A stretch of 57,604 nt of DNA, the filler included, from Sandaracinaceae bacterium (GTDB taxonomy: Bacteria; Myxococcota_A; Polyangia; Polyangiales; JADJQN01): the NCBI GenBank assembly GCA_947483975.1. It is 3 parts of 3 records of this genome, joined end to end, with 100 filler letters (N's around TTAATTAATTAA, not from the genome) between each part and the next. Parts side by side here need not be neighbours in the genome. Positions count along the whole stretch, not along the records: positions 19,313 to 38,449 come from CANKOL010000059.1; positions 38,550 to 57,604 come from CANKOL010000060.1; 1 more part is not named here. One strand, given 5' to 3'. Positions 28,337 to 38,551 of the stretch are shown here, piece after piece (within the stretch, counting starts at the first letter, position 1; each line of letters opens with the position of its first letter). The position numbers and the translations under genes were made by a program. The notes under the pieces were generated by a model. It saw nothing but the letters and a program-made list of their open reading frames with translations. It did no database searches and was not told where the DNA came from.

Positions 28337-29539
28337 TTGACCCGCAGCCTCGCCACGCGCCTCCAAAGCGTTCAGCCCTCCGCCACGCTCGCGATCTCGC
28401 AGCGCGCTGCGGAGCTGCGCAAGCAGGGCATCGACATCATCTCGTTCAGCCTCGGGGAGCCCGACTTCCACACGCCGGCGCACATCCGCGAGGCGGCGAA
28501 GCGCGCGATCGACGAGGGCGCGAGCCACTACACCGCCGTGCGCGGGATGCCCAAGCTGCGCGAGGCGATCTCCGCGGACTCGCAGAAGCGCCGCGGCGGC
28601 CTGGTGCACACGCCCGACGAGATCGTCGTCTCGGTCGGCGCCAAGCACTCGCTCTTCAACCTCGCGCTCGCGCTCTACGAAGAGGGCGACGAGGTCATCA
28701 TCCCCGCGCCCTATTGGGTGAGCTACCCCGAGCAGGTCCGTATGCTCGGGGGCACGCCGGTGATCGTCGAGACGCGCGAGGAGGACGGCTTCGTGCTGAC
28801 GGCGGCCGCGCTCGAGCAGGCGCTCACGCCGAGGACGAAGGCGCTGATCCTCTGCACGCCGTCGAACCCGACGGGCTCGGCGTACACGCCGACGCAGCTC
28901 GCGGCGCTCGCGGAGGTCGCGCGTCGCCACGACTTCTGGCTCATCACCGACGAGATCTATTCGCGCCTCGTGTACGGCGGCTTCGAGCAGCGCTCGCTTC
29001 TCGAGGTCGCGCCCGACCTGCGGGACCGCACGATCATCGTCGACGGCGTCTCCAAGACGCACGCGATGACCGGCTGGCGCGTCGGCTGGATCCTCGCGCC
29101 CAAGGTGATCTGCGACGCCGTCGACATGGTGCAGAGCCAGAGCACCACGAACCCGACCGCCGTCGCGCAGTTCGCCGCGCTCGCCGCGCTCGAGGGGCCA
29201 GACGACGCCTTCGACGCGATGCACGCGATCTTCGACGAGCGCAGGCAGGTGATGGTCCGTGGGCTCGCCGCGCTGCCGGGCCTTCGCTGCCGTATGCCGG
29301 AGGGCGCGTTCTACGCGTTCCCGAGCGTCGGCGGCTTGTACGGCAAGACGGTCGGGTCGCACACGCTCACGGACGACGTCAGCGTCGCGCAGTGGCTGCT
29401 CGAGGAGGCGCGGGTTGCCGTCGTGCCGGGGACGCCGTTCGGCGCGCCTGGCTATGTGCGGCTGTCGTACGCGACCTCGACCGAGCTGATCCGCGAGGGC
29501 CTGAAGCGTATCGGCGACGCGCTCGCGGCGCTGCGCTGA
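28337..29539 (+). CDS. PLP-dependent aminotransferase class I/II (aspartate aminotransferase-like)
   Basis: GEPDF, PYWVSY, PSNPTG, DEIY, SKTHAMTGWRVG and GAFY motifs. Confidence 0.96.
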   Translation: MTRSLATRLQSVQPSATLAISQRAAELRKQGIDIISFSLGEPDFHTPAHIREAAKRAIDEGASHYTAVRGMPKLREAISADSQKRRGGLVHTPDEIVVSVGAKHSLFNLALALYEEGDEVIIPAPYWVSYPEQVRMLGGTPVIVETREEDGFVLTAAALEQALTPRTKALILCTPSNPTGSAYTPTQLAALAEVARRHDFWLITDEIYSRLVYGGFEQRSLLEVAPDLRDRTIIVDGVSKTHAMTGWRVGWILAPKVICDAVDMVQSQSTTNPTAVAQFAALAALEGPDDAFDAMHAIFDERRQVMVRGLAALPGLRCRMPEGAFYAFPSVGGLYGKTVGSHTLTDDVSVAQWLLEEARVAVVPGTPFGAPGYVRLSYATSTELIREGLKRIGDALAALR

Positions 29540-29558
29540 GCGCGGCTCCGTAAGCGGG

Positions 29559-29638
29559 TCAGCGTAGCTGCGGGTCAGCGTAGCCGCGCGTCAGCGTAGT
29601 TGCGCGTCAGCGTAGTTGCGCGTCAGCGAAGCTGCGCG
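29559..29638. repeat. 5 x 16-bp tandem repeat; the last unit is the 3' end of the ATPase gene
   Basis: TCAGCG(T/A)AG(C/T)(C/T)GCG(C/G)G units start at 29559, 29575, 29591, 29607 and 29623. Confidence 0.9.
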
Positions 29639-30225
29639 ACCAGGCTCTCGAGGGCCGCGAGCCCGAACATGATCTTCTTCACGAACGACGCGTTGTGCGG
29701 CACGACGACGAGCCGCGGGTGCCTCGCCCAGAGCGCGCGCAGGCGACGGTCGAGGTCGAGCGCCTGCTCGACCGACTCGATGCGCGTCGGATTGCCGCCC
29801 TCGACCGAGATGCCACCGACCGCCGCGCTCTCGAAGAAGAGCACGGCGTCGTAGCGCGCGAGCTCTCGCTCGGCGCTGCTCCCGACCGCGTCGAAGAAGC
29901 CGCCTAGCTCGCCCGGCCAGTACGCGGCGCCGTCCACCGTGCCGCGGTCGCAGAGCAAGATGCGCTCGGGGTAGAGGGCCGACTGCGCGTCCTCGAGGTG
30001 CCGCTGCACCTGGTAGATCGCGCACTGCGCCGACTTGCGCGCAGACTCCTCCGCGGAGCGCGGGAAGCCGCCGGAGAAGAGCAGCGTCGCCGCCTCGGGG
30101 ACGACGACGACGCTCGCGCCGATCTCTCGCCGAAAGAGGTCGGCGGCCGTGGTCTTGCCGCCGCCAGGGCCGCCGGTGAGCACGATGCGACAGCGACCGT
30201 TGGTGTGATTCTGGGGGTCGGTCAT
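29623..30225 (-). CDS. P-loop NTPase, AAA_28 (NadR/Ttd14-like)
   Basis: IVLTGGPGGGKTT, VPEAA, LCDRG and RYDAVLF motifs. Confidence 0.88.
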   Translation of the reverse strand: MTDPQNHTNGRCRIVLTGGPGGGKTTAADLFRREIGASVVVVPEAATLLFSGGFPRSAEESARKSAQCAIYQVQRHLEDAQSALYPERILLCDRGTVDGAAYWPGELGGFFDAVGSSAERELARYDAVLFFESAAVGGISVEGGNPTRIESVEQALDLDRRLRALWARHPRLVVVPHNASFVKKIMFGLAALESLVAQLR

Positions 30226-30246
30226 GCGCGGTGGCTCGACATCTTT

Positions 30247-30663
30247 CTACAGATCGTTGGCGACCTCGCGCAGCACATCCTGCACCGTCACGATCCCCAC
30301 CAGCTGCCCCCCCGCGTCCACGACGGGGAGCGCGCTGATGTTGTGGTCCAGCATCCGCCGCGCCGCAGAGGCGAGGGGCTCGTCGCTCCGCGCCGTGATC
30401 GGCTCCGGCTGCATGATCTCTTCCACGAAGGTCTCGTCGCGGAAGCGCGCCTCGCGTGTCCGGTCGGTGGGCGAGTGCGCCGTCGGGCCGAGCGTCACGC
30501 GCAGGATGTCGCGCTGGCTGACGATGCCGACGAGCCTGCCGTCATCGACCACGGGAATGTGCCGGAACTGATAGCGGGCGAAGTCCTCCGCCACATCCGC
30601 GAGGCTGTCCTCTTCGAACAGCGTGACGACGTCGCGAGTCATCACATCAGCAATCGTCTTCAT
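30247..30663 (-). CDS. CBS domain pair protein
   Basis: IADVMTRDVVT, RHIPVVDDGRLVGIVSQRD and LPVVDAGGQLVGIVTVQD motifs. Confidence 0.93.
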   Translation of the reverse strand: MKTIADVMTRDVVTLFEEDSLADVAEDFARYQFRHIPVVDDGRLVGIVSQRDILRVTLGPTAHSPTDRTREARFRDETFVEEIMQPEPITARSDEPLASAARRMLDHNISALPVVDAGGQLVGIVTVQDVLREVANDL

Positions 30664-30827
30664 GGTGTCCACGGCGAACCCCCGTTTCTTCCTGCTGAGT
30701 CGTAAGTGTGCACGCGGCTCGCGTCGGCAACCGACGCCCCTGAGACGCTGGGGAGCCTCCGCGCGTCCGCGACGAGCGGTGCGACGCTGGCAGTCCGCGC
30801 GCCGTGCGGCCATGGTCCAGCCCCCGC

Positions 30828-31907
30828 GTGAGCCCACCCGAGCCAAAGCCTCACGCGCCTGACTACGTGCCCTCGCTCGATGGGCTGCGCGGGCTCCTCG
30901 CGCTCTCCGTCGCCGCGTATCACTTCTCGGGCTGGACTCACGTCTTCGGGCGCGGCACTCCGGCGAGCAGCGCGGTCGCCGTGCTCGGGATCTACGGCGT
31001 CGAGGGCTTCTTCATCATCAGCGGCTTCTGCTTCTTTCACCTCTATGGGGAGACGGGGCTCGACGCGCGCGGGCTGCGCGGCTTTCACCTCAAGCGCTAT
31101 CTGCGCATCGCGCCGCTCTACTACGTCGCGCTCGTGCTGAACGTCGTGGGCGCGCAGCCCGTCGGGCCGCTGACTTGGACGCGCGCGCTCGAGAACCTGA
31201 CGCTGACGTTCGGGCTCTTCCATCCCAATCACGCGCGGGTGCTCGGCGGCTGGTCGATCGGGATCGAGTACGTGTTCTACCTGGTGTTTCCGCTCCTCGT
31301 CTGGCTCGTGCGGCGGCGGAGCGTGCTCTACGCCGTCACGCTCGCGCTGATGGCGCTCGCGGTCGTGCATGGGATTTCGGCGCCTGTCAGCGAGTCGATC
31401 TGGGTGCGCTTCGACCGTTATGTGGAGGTGCCGAATCACGCGTTTCTGTTCCTCTGGGGCGGGGTGATCGCCGACCTCCGCAGGCGCGTCTCCGCGCGCG
31501 TCTCGAGCGCTGGCCTCTTCTTCGGGCTGACGACGCTCGTGCTGCTGTGCGCGGCGGGACAGCCGCCTTTTCAGGACCACTTCGACGTGATGGCGGGCTG
31601 GCCGCGCGTCGGGCTGCTCGTCGCCTGCTTCGTCATGGTCTTGCTCGTCGCGCTTCACGCGCCGTCCGAGGGCCTGCTGCAGCGCGCGCTCGGCTGGCTC
31701 GGGGACCACAGCTACGCGGTGTATCTGCTGCACCCGCTCGCCGTGTCGCTCGCGCTCTGGCTGGTCCCGGTCGAGCGCTCCCCGCGCGGCGTCTTCGCCC
31801 TCGCGATGGGCCTCACGCTGGTCTTCGCCGCGCTCAGTCGAGCGCTCGTCGAGCGCCCGGCGATCGCCCTGGGGAAGCGCCTCAGCGGCGGCGGCGGCGC
31901 ACGCTGA
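30828..31907 (+). CDS. Acyltransferase family 3 (O-acyltransferase)
   Basis: SLDGLRG, FFIISGF, KRYLRIAPLY, WSIGIEYVFY, GDHSYAVYLLH and VERP motifs. Confidence 0.92.
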   Translation: MSPPEPKPHAPDYVPSLDGLRGLLALSVAAYHFSGWTHVFGRGTPASSAVAVLGIYGVEGFFIISGFCFFHLYGETGLDARGLRGFHLKRYLRIAPLYYVALVLNVVGAQPVGPLTWTRALENLTLTFGLFHPNHARVLGGWSIGIEYVFYLVFPLLVWLVRRRSVLYAVTLALMALAVVHGISAPVSESIWVRFDRYVEVPNHAFLFLWGGVIADLRRRVSARVSSAGLFFGLTTLVLLCAAGQPPFQDHFDVMAGWPRVGLLVACFVMVLLVALHAPSEGLLQRALGWLGDHSYAVYLLHPLAVSLALWLVPVERSPRGVFALAMGLTLVFAALSRALVERPAIALGKRLSGGGGAR

Positions 31908-33306
31908 CGACGGCGCCGAAGGCGAGCATCGCGAGCAGCGCTCCCCCGCCCGCGTGTCCAGGCGCCGCAGCGACGCGACAGCCGCAGCCGCCGCGGTTGC
32001 TCGGGCCCGGTGCCCGTACGCTTGCATCGCCGACGCCCGCGTCGACCTCGACCGGCACCTCACGCCCGTGCCCGCGGAGCATCACGAGCACCAGCGGATC
32101 GTCGGGGTCGTTCGTCTCGAGGAAGAGCGTCCCTGCCGCGGTCGGCTCGACCTCCGGCGCGAAGTAGACGGCCAAGCGCGTCGCGGCGTGCGGCGGGACG
32201 ACGACCACGTCCGTCGCGACGTCGAAGGGCACGGCGATCATGCGCGCGCGCACGAGGAGCGGCGCCTCGCCGTCGTTGACGAGATCGAGGTACTGCTCGC
32301 TCGTCGCGCCGATCGCGACCTCGCCGAGATCCCAGGCGGAGGGCAGCATCGCGATCGACGGCAGCGGCACGTGCACCGTCGCGTCGTCGAAGGCGACGTT
32401 GCTCCCCGAGTCCACGAGCGGGATCGCGAGGTCCGCCACGTCGTAGCTCCACGAGCGCCCGAGCAGAGACACGAAGAAGTTCGGGAAGACGTGGAGAGTG
32501 CCGTGATAGCCGAGCGTGCCCTCGGGGTGCAGCGTGACGTCCTTGGAGGGGCCGAAGTCGCTCGCGCCGACGTCGGGGAGCACGCGCGTCGTGCCGAGCT
32601 CTTCGACGATGGGATCGGCGCCCTGCACGACGATGCGGTCGCTCTGATAGTCCGTCGTCAGCTCGCCCTGCAGGTCCACGCGCACACCGCCGCCGATGCC
32701 GGGGATCGACACGAAGCTGCCGATCGCGTCGTAGCTGAGCACCGTCGCGCGATCGGTCGCGTCGTAGATGCTGATCGGGCGCCCAGAGGTGCCGGGCAGC
32801 GCGAACGGGTCGAAGGTCGCGGTGTTGGCCATCCGGTAGTCGCCCGTGATGCGCCCGGTGCCGGGGATGTCGCCCTCCCAGCGGTAGTGGATGCCGGCGA
32901 TGTCGAGGTCGATCTTCATCCGCGCGAGGAGCTCGACGCCGTAATCCATTGCGAGGCTGCCTGTCGCGAGGCGTCCGACGAGCTGTTCGCTCAGCGGGAC
33001 GGGCCAAGTGCTGACGAGCGTGCCGCCGAGCGAGACCTCGGTGAAGCCGCCCATGTAGAACGCGAACCGCAGCTGCAGCGGCGAGCCGGCGGGCACCCAG
33101 CCGCTGTCGAGGTCGATCGTGTCGAAGAGCGACGCGCGATAGGTGTAGTCGACGTCCTGCGAGTCGCAGCCGACGACTCCGGTGGGGCAGATCGTCGGGA
33201 ACTCCGGGGTCGGCAGCGGCAGGTCCTGCGCGAGCGCGCTGGCCGGCGCGAACAGCAGCGCCAGGGTGAGCGCGCGGGCCGCCTGAGCGCGAAGAAGAGA
33301 CGGCAT
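31882..33306 (-). CDS. Secreted MYXO-CTERM protein with an Ig-like (ASPM/Hydin-type) domain
   Basis: Signal peptide; NDGEAPL...TNDPDDP...LRGHG; C-terminal GGCGC, TM helix and RRRRR. Confidence 0.85.
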   Translation of the reverse strand: MPSLLRAQAARALTLALLFAPASALAQDLPLPTPEFPTICPTGVVGCDSQDVDYTYRASLFDTIDLDSGWVPAGSPLQLRFAFYMGGFTEVSLGGTLVSTWPVPLSEQLVGRLATGSLAMDYGVELLARMKIDLDIAGIHYRWEGDIPGTGRITGDYRMANTATFDPFALPGTSGRPISIYDATDRATVLSYDAIGSFVSIPGIGGGVRVDLQGELTTDYQSDRIVVQGADPIVEELGTTRVLPDVGASDFGPSKDVTLHPEGTLGYHGTLHVFPNFFVSLLGRSWSYDVADLAIPLVDSGSNVAFDDATVHVPLPSIAMLPSAWDLGEVAIGATSEQYLDLVNDGEAPLLVRARMIAVPFDVATDVVVVPPHAATRLAVYFAPEVEPTAAGTLFLETNDPDDPLVLVMLRGHGREVPVEVDAGVGDASVRAPGPSNRGGCGCRVAAAPGHAGGGALLAMLAFGAVVSVRRRRR

Positions 33307-33363
33307 CGCGGTCGATGCTCTCAGACGAACGCCCCTCGGGGCAAGGGCCTCGCCGCGCGCGGG

Positions 33364-34452
33364 TTATACGTGGCTGGGCGGAGCGTCCGGCGGGTCGTTC
33401 GCGGGGGCGTCGAGCGCGCCCGGCGAGAGGGCGATGGCGACGCGCCCGAGGAGCATCGTCCCGAGCACGAACATCAGCAGCGTGCCGGGCATGCGGGGCG
33501 TGACGCCCGCGGCGGTGAGCAGCAGCAGGGCCGCGCCGAGTTGGCGGCGCCAAGGCTCCGACGCGAGCAGCGCGAGGACCGCGACCATCACGACGAGCGT
33601 GACGGCGATCGTGTACGCGACCGGCGCAGCTTCGACCATCAGCTGCACGCGAAACGCGTAGTAGAGGAGGTCGCTGAACTGCCTGCGGAGGAGCCCGCGG
33701 AGCACGCGGAACACGAGCGAGAGGAGCGCCCCGGCGACCAGCGCGGAGCCGAGCGCGGCGCGACCGCGCGCGGTCGTCGGGTCCGGTCGGATCAGCACCG
33801 CGACGGCGACGGGCGTGGCGAGCCAAGCGATCTCGGCGACGTCCACGAGCCAGAGGCCGACGCGCTCGGCCATCGCGTGCTGATTGAGCCACGGCGCGTA
33901 GGCGCAGAACATCGCGCCGAGGCCCGCCGCGGCGCCGGCGGTGACGAGCGTCACGGCGATGCGCGCGGGGATGGGGCTCCGCCGCAGCAGCGCGCTCGTC
34001 CCGAAGAGGATGACCAGCACGAACGCCGCGCCCGTCGCGAAGATGACGAGCTGAGGCGTCGTGCGCGTGCGCGGCAGGATCGTGGAGAGCGCGATGCTCG
34101 GGAGGAACACGCCCGCGAAGCCCGCGATCGTCAGGCGATGAAAGAGGGAGCCGAAGCGCTGCCGGCGAAGCGCCTCGATGAGGATGATGCTCAGCGCGAC
34201 GAGCCCCGCGACGGCCGCGAGGTTCATCGCGACGTCGCCGACCGCGAAGACGAGCTTGGTCACCGGGAGCCCCGCGCGCGGCGCGATGGCGGGCGCGGCG
34301 AGGCGGCTGACGAAGGTGTCGACGAACGAGGCGAGCGCCGCGAGCACCGCGAGCAGCGGCGCGTGCGCGAAGGGATGCCCCGCAGGCTGGCCGCGTGGAG
34401 GGCTGGAGACTGCGGGAGCCGGGGCCGGATCGGGGGGGCGTTCTTCGGTCAC
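33364..34452 (-). CDS. Hypothetical multi-pass membrane protein
   Basis: About ten hydrophobic segments; host-like codon bias. Confidence 0.7.
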   Translation of the reverse strand: MTEERPPDPAPAPAVSSPPRGQPAGHPFAHAPLLAVLAALASFVDTFVSRLAAPAIAPRAGLPVTKLVFAVGDVAMNLAAVAGLVALSIILIEALRRQRFGSLFHRLTIAGFAGVFLPSIALSTILPRTRTTPQLVIFATGAAFVLVILFGTSALLRRSPIPARIAVTLVTAGAAAGLGAMFCAYAPWLNQHAMAERVGLWLVDVAEIAWLATPVAVAVLIRPDPTTARGRAALGSALVAGALLSLVFRVLRGLLRRQFSDLLYYAFRVQLMVEAAPVAYTIAVTLVVMVAVLALLASEPWRRQLGAALLLLTAAGVTPRMPGTLLMFVLGTMLLGRVAIALSPGALDAPANDPPDAPPSHV

Positions 34453-34553
34453 GCGGTGCGTGCGACCGTACGCGGCGGCTGCGGCGGGTGCAACGCCCTC
34501 GACGGGCGCCCCGCTTGCGTAGAGCCCCGCTTCGGGGGTACGCCTCCGCCCCC

Positions 34554-35588
34554 ATGGAGCTTCGACACGACTGGACGGTCGCTGAGGTCAGCGCGATTCA
34601 CGATCTTCCCATCACCGACCTCGTGCACCGCGCGCAGACGGTGCACCGCGCGCATCACGCGCCAGACAAGGTGCAGCTCTGCACGCTGCTCTCGGTGAAG
34701 ACGGGCGGCTGCCCCGAGGACTGCGCGTACTGCCCGCAGAGCGCGCGGCACCGCAGCAACCTCACCGCCGAGAAGCTGCTGGGTCTCGAGGAGGTGCTCG
34801 TCGCCGCCAAGTGCGCGAAGGCGAGCGGCGCGTCCCGCTTCTGCATGGGCGCGGCTTGGCGTGACGCGAAGCACGGCGCGCAGTTCGACGAGGTGCTCGC
34901 GATGGTGCGCGGCGTCCGCGACCTCGGCATGGAGGCGTGCGCGACGCTCGGGATGCTCGACGACGAGCAGGCGAAGGCGCTCGCGGAGGCGGGGCTCACC
35001 GCCTACAACCACAACCTCGACACGAGCCGAGAATTCTATGGCTCGATCGTCACGACGCGCACCTACGACGAGCGCCTCCTGACGCTCGATCGCGTGACCA
35101 AGGCGGGCATCGGCGTCTGCTGCGGCGGCATCATCGGCATGGGCGAGAGCATCACCGACCGCTGCCGGATGCTCGTGACGCTCGCGCGCATGACGCCGCA
35201 TCCGTCGAGCGTCCCGGTGAACGCGCTCGTCCCGGTCGAGGGCACGCCGCTCGAGCTCCGGCCGCCGGTCGATCCGCTCGAGCTCGTCCGCATGATCGCG
35301 ACCGCGCGCATCGTGATGCCGCGCGCGATGGTGCGGCTCTCCGCCGGCCGTGAGGAGCTCTCCCGCGAGGCGCAGGTGCTGTGCTTCCTCGCCGGCGCGA
35401 ACAGCATCTTCTACGGCGACAAGCTGCTGACGACGGGCAACCCCGACGTGGAAGCCGACCAGAAGCTGATGCGCGACGCGGGGCTCACCCCGCTGCGCGC
35501 GCACGAGACCTCGCTGCACGAGCACGGGCAGTCGGACACGCACGATCACGCGCCCGGTCACGCTCACGCGCACGACTGCGCGGAGTAG
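34554..35588 (+). CDS. bioB: Biotin synthase
   Basis: Radical SAM motif [31 protein letters not shown] and [13 protein letters not shown] motifs. Confidence 0.98.
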   Translation: MELRHDWTVAEVSAIHDLPITDLVHRAQTVHRAHHAPDKVQLCTLLSVKTGGCPEDCAYCPQSARHRSNLTAEKLLGLEEVLVAAKCAKASGASRFCMGAAWRDAKHGAQFDEVLAMVRGVRDLGMEACATLGMLDDEQAKALAEAGLTAYNHNLDTSREFYGSIVTTRTYDERLLTLDRVTKAGIGVCCGGIIGMGESITDRCRMLVTLARMTPHPSSVPVNALVPVEGTPLELRPPVDPLELVRMIATARIVMPRAMVRLSAGREELSREAQVLCFLAGANSIFYGDKLLTTGNPDVEADQKLMRDAGLTPLRAHETSLHEHGQSDTHDHAPGHAHAHDCAE

Positions 35589-35659
35589 CCACGCTCCGTG
35601 AGGCTCGGGGCGCCGTCCGCCGGGCCGCTTCTACGACAGCCTGAGGAGAGCGCTTGCCC

Positions 35660-36868
35660 ATGGACTTCCACGAGTCACCGAAGGTCCGCACGCTGCGTCA
35701 GGTCGTCGGTGAGTTCGTCGAGAAGGAGGTCATTCCGCTCGAGCCGCTCCTGCGCCGCGAGGGCTTCTCGGCGATGTTGCCGCGCCTCGAGAGGCTGCGC
35801 GAGAAGGCGCGTGAGACGGGGCTGTTTGCCGCGTTCATGCCCGAGGAGTGGGGCGGCGCGGGGCTGACGCTCGTCGAGTTCGCGCACATGAGCGAGGCGC
35901 TCGGGCGCAGCCCGCTCGGGCACTACGCGTTCAACAGCCAAGCGCCCGACGTCGGCAACATGGAGGTGCTGCTGCGCTACGGCACGCCTGAGCAGAAGGA
36001 GCGCTTTCTGCGTCCGCTCGTGCGCGGCGAGGTGCGCAGCTGCTTCACGATGACTGAGCCTGAGCACGCGGGCTCCAACCCCGTGTGGCTCTCGACGACC
36101 GCGAAGAAGGACGGCGAGGAGTGGGTGCTCCGTGGGCACAAGTGGTTCGCGACGGGCGCCGACGGCGCGGCGTTCGCGATCTGCATGGCGACCACGAACC
36201 CCGACGCCGAGAGGCCGCACGCGCGCGCGAGCATGGTGCTCGTGCCGACCGACACCGTCGGCTTCGAGCGCCTCGGCAACCTCTCGATCATGGGCGACCG
36301 CGGCGGCGACTGGGCGAGCCACGGCGAGGTCAGCTACGTCGACGCGCGCGTGCCGCTCTCGAATTTGCTGGGCGGCGAGGGCATGGGCTTCCTCATCGCG
36401 CAGGAGCGCCTCGGCCCCGGGCGAATCCACCACTGCATGCGCTGGGTGGGAGTCTGTGAGCGCGCGTTCGACATCCTCTGTCGGCACGCGGCGACGCGCG
36501 AGCTATCGCCCGGCAAGCCGCTCGGGACGCGTCAGATGGTGCAGCAGTGGATCGCCGAGAGCCGCGCGGAGATCCACGCCGCGCGCCTGATGGTCCTGCA
36601 CGCCGCGTGGAAGATCGAGCACGAGGGCGCGTCCGCCGCGCGCGAGGAGATCGCGCTGATCAAGTTCACCGTCGCGCGCACGATGCAGCGCGTCCTCGAC
36701 CGTACGCTGCAAGCGCTCGGCGGGCTCGGCATGACCGACGACACGCCGATCGCGTTCTGGTGGGCGCACGAGCGCGCAGCCCGCATCTACGACGGCGCCG
36801 ACGAGGTGCACATCGAGTCCGTCGCGCGACGAATCCTCACGTCGTATGGGATGAAGAAGAGCGGCTGA
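35660..36868 (+). CDS. Acyl-CoA dehydrogenase family protein
   Basis: APDVGNMEVL, MTEPEHAGS, GHKWF, RLGPGRIHHCMR and RIYDGADEVH motifs; start is TTG 35654 or ATG 35660. Confidence 0.95.
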   Translation: MDFHESPKVRTLRQVVGEFVEKEVIPLEPLLRREGFSAMLPRLERLREKARETGLFAAFMPEEWGGAGLTLVEFAHMSEALGRSPLGHYAFNSQAPDVGNMEVLLRYGTPEQKERFLRPLVRGEVRSCFTMTEPEHAGSNPVWLSTTAKKDGEEWVLRGHKWFATGADGAAFAICMATTNPDAERPHARASMVLVPTDTVGFERLGNLSIMGDRGGDWASHGEVSYVDARVPLSNLLGGEGMGFLIAQERLGPGRIHHCMRWVGVCERAFDILCRHAATRELSPGKPLGTRQMVQQWIAESRAEIHAARLMVLHAAWKIEHEGASAAREEIALIKFTVARTMQRVLDRTLQALGGLGMTDDTPIAFWWAHERAARIYDGADEVHIESVARRILTSYGMKKSG

Positions 36869-36940
36869 GGGCGGCCATCCGTCAGAGCGCGCGGGCCTCG
36901 ACACGCGCACTGAGTTCGCGCTCCTTGGGTCACGCCAGGG

Positions 36941-38449
36941 CTACGGAACCCGCGTCGAGCGCGCTTGCTCGAGTGCTCCGCGGACCCGCGCAGCCAGGTC
37001 CTGACTGGAGAACGGCTTTGGCAGGAAGTTCACCCCCGGATTCAGCCAGTCGTGCTGCGCGACCACCTCCGCCGTGTACCCGGAGATGAACAGTCGTCCG
37101 ATGTCGGGACGGAGGCAGTGCACCTGGTCCGCGAGGTCTCGGCCGTTCATCTCCGGCATGATCACGTCTGTCACCAGCAGGTGGATCTCGCCGACGTGCT
37201 CGCGGGCGAACTGCAGGGCCTCGGTGGGGCTGACCGCTGGCAGCACGGCATAGCCCTCCTTCTGCAGGATCCGGCGCGCCGCCGACAGGACAGCGGGCTC
37301 ATCGTCCACCAACAGGATGGTCTCTCGGCCCACGACGGCTCGGGACGGTGGCTGTTCGCCGGCGACGCGGGGTGCGAGTTCCGCGCTGCCAGTGTCCCTC
37401 GGCAGGAAGATGTTGAAGGTCGAACCCTTTCCCACTTCGGTGGACACGGTGATGAAGCCTTGGTTCTGCGCGACCACGCCGTACACCGTGGCCAGTCCCA
37501 GCCCGGTGCCCTTGCCTTGCGCCTTGGTGGTGAAGAACGGCTCGAAGATCCTGGCCCGCGTCTCCGGGTCCATGCCCTGGCCGCTGTCGGTCACTGACAA
37601 TCGCACGTAGTCGCCAGGGAGATGGCCTGGATGAGCGGCACAATAGACCAGGTCAAAGGTGCAGTTGCCAGTCTCGATGATCACCCTGCCCACGCCGGGG
37701 ATGGCATCCCGCGCGTTGACGCACAGGTTGGTCAGCACCTGATCCACCTGGGAAGGGTCCACGAGCACTGGCCAGACGCTGGTTCCCGGCTGGTGCTCGA
37801 GCGCAACGTTCTCGCCGATGAGGCGCCTGAGCATCTTGAGCAGATCCACGATGGCCGTGTCGAGGTCGAGCACCTTGGGGGCGATGGTCTGCTTGCGGGC
37901 GAACGCCAGGAGCTGCCGCGTGAGGTCCGCGGAGCGCGACGCGGCGGTCCTGATCTCCACCAGATCGGCGTAAAGGGGCAGAGACGCATCCATCTCTTCC
38001 ATCGCCATATCCGTCGTGCCCAGGATCACCGCCAGCATGTTGTTGAAGTCGTGCGCCACGCCGCCCGCCAGCTGGCCTACCGACTCCATCCTCTGCGCCT
38101 GTTGGAGCTGGGCCTCCAGCGCACACTTCTCCTCCTCGGCGCGCCGACGGGCCGTGATGTCGTGCACGATGCTGTGGATGACGTCGCGCTCGCCCAGTTG
38201 GATTCGGCTCGCGGACACCTCCACCTGCCGGATGGACCCATCCGCCAGGCGATGCTGGAACTCGAAGGTGCCGCCCGTCGCCGCCGGGACGCTGGCCAAG
38301 ACTCCGCGGGCCTCCTCGGCGGGCATGGTGTTGAGGTCCGTGATGCCCATTCCGAGGAGCTGCGCCCGCGTGTACCCGTAGAAGCGCTCCGCCGCGGCGT
38401 TGGCGTCGAGGAGCGACCCATCCTCTGACGCGATCAGCAGCATGACCGA
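36941..38449 (-). CDS. Hybrid sensor histidine kinase (PAS-HisKA-HATPase-REC), probably 5'-truncated at the gap
   Basis: AHDFNN, NARDA, DSGQGM, FEPFFTTK, GTGLGL, LLVDDE, TDVIMP and KPF motifs. Confidence 0.95.
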   Translation of the reverse strand, partial: SVMLLIASEDGSLLDANAAAERFYGYTRAQLLGMGITDLNTMPAEEARGVLASVPAATGGTFEFQHRLADGSIRQVEVSASRIQLGERDVIHSIVHDITARRRAEEEKCALEAQLQQAQRMESVGQLAGGVAHDFNNMLAVILGTTDMAMEEMDASLPLYADLVEIRTAASRSADLTRQLLAFARKQTIAPKVLDLDTAIVDLLKMLRRLIGENVALEHQPGTSVWPVLVDPSQVDQVLTNLCVNARDAIPGVGRVIIETGNCTFDLVYCAAHPGHLPGDYVRLSVTDSGQGMDPETRARIFEPFFTTKAQGKGTGLGLATVYGVVAQNQGFITVSTEVGKGSTFNIFLPRDTGSAELAPRVAGEQPPSRAVVGRETILLVDDEPAVLSAARRILQKEGYAVLPAVSPTEALQFAREHVGEIHLLVTDVIMPEMNGRDLADQVHCLRPDIGRLFISGYTAEVVAQHDWLNPGVNFLPKPFSSQDLAARVRGALEQARSTRVP

Positions 38450-38549
38450 NNNNNNNNNNNNNNNNNNNNNNNNNNNNNNNNNNNNNNNNNNNNTTAATTA
38501 ATTAANNNNNNNNNNNNNNNNNNNNNNNNNNNNNNNNNNNNNNNNNNNN
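38450..38549. other. Artificial contig-joining spacer (N44-TTAATTAATTAA-N44)
   Basis: Same linker as 19213-19312. Confidence 0.97.
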
Positions 38550-38551
38550 CG

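Noticed and set aside
29559..29638. Possible CRISPR array
   Set aside because: 16-bp units directly in tandem, with no unique spacers and no cas genes.
29623..30663. CBS plus P-loop NTPase pair as a defence or signalling system
   Set aside because: Both are widespread stand-alone families; no nuclease, effector or mobile context supports a system.
31954..34698. Very long alternative-frame or antisense ORFs (also 23943-26453, 44934-47432, 46513-49317, 50241-52238)
   Set aside because: Shadow ORFs expected at this GC content; Arg/Ala-rich, motif-free and overlapping well-supported genes.
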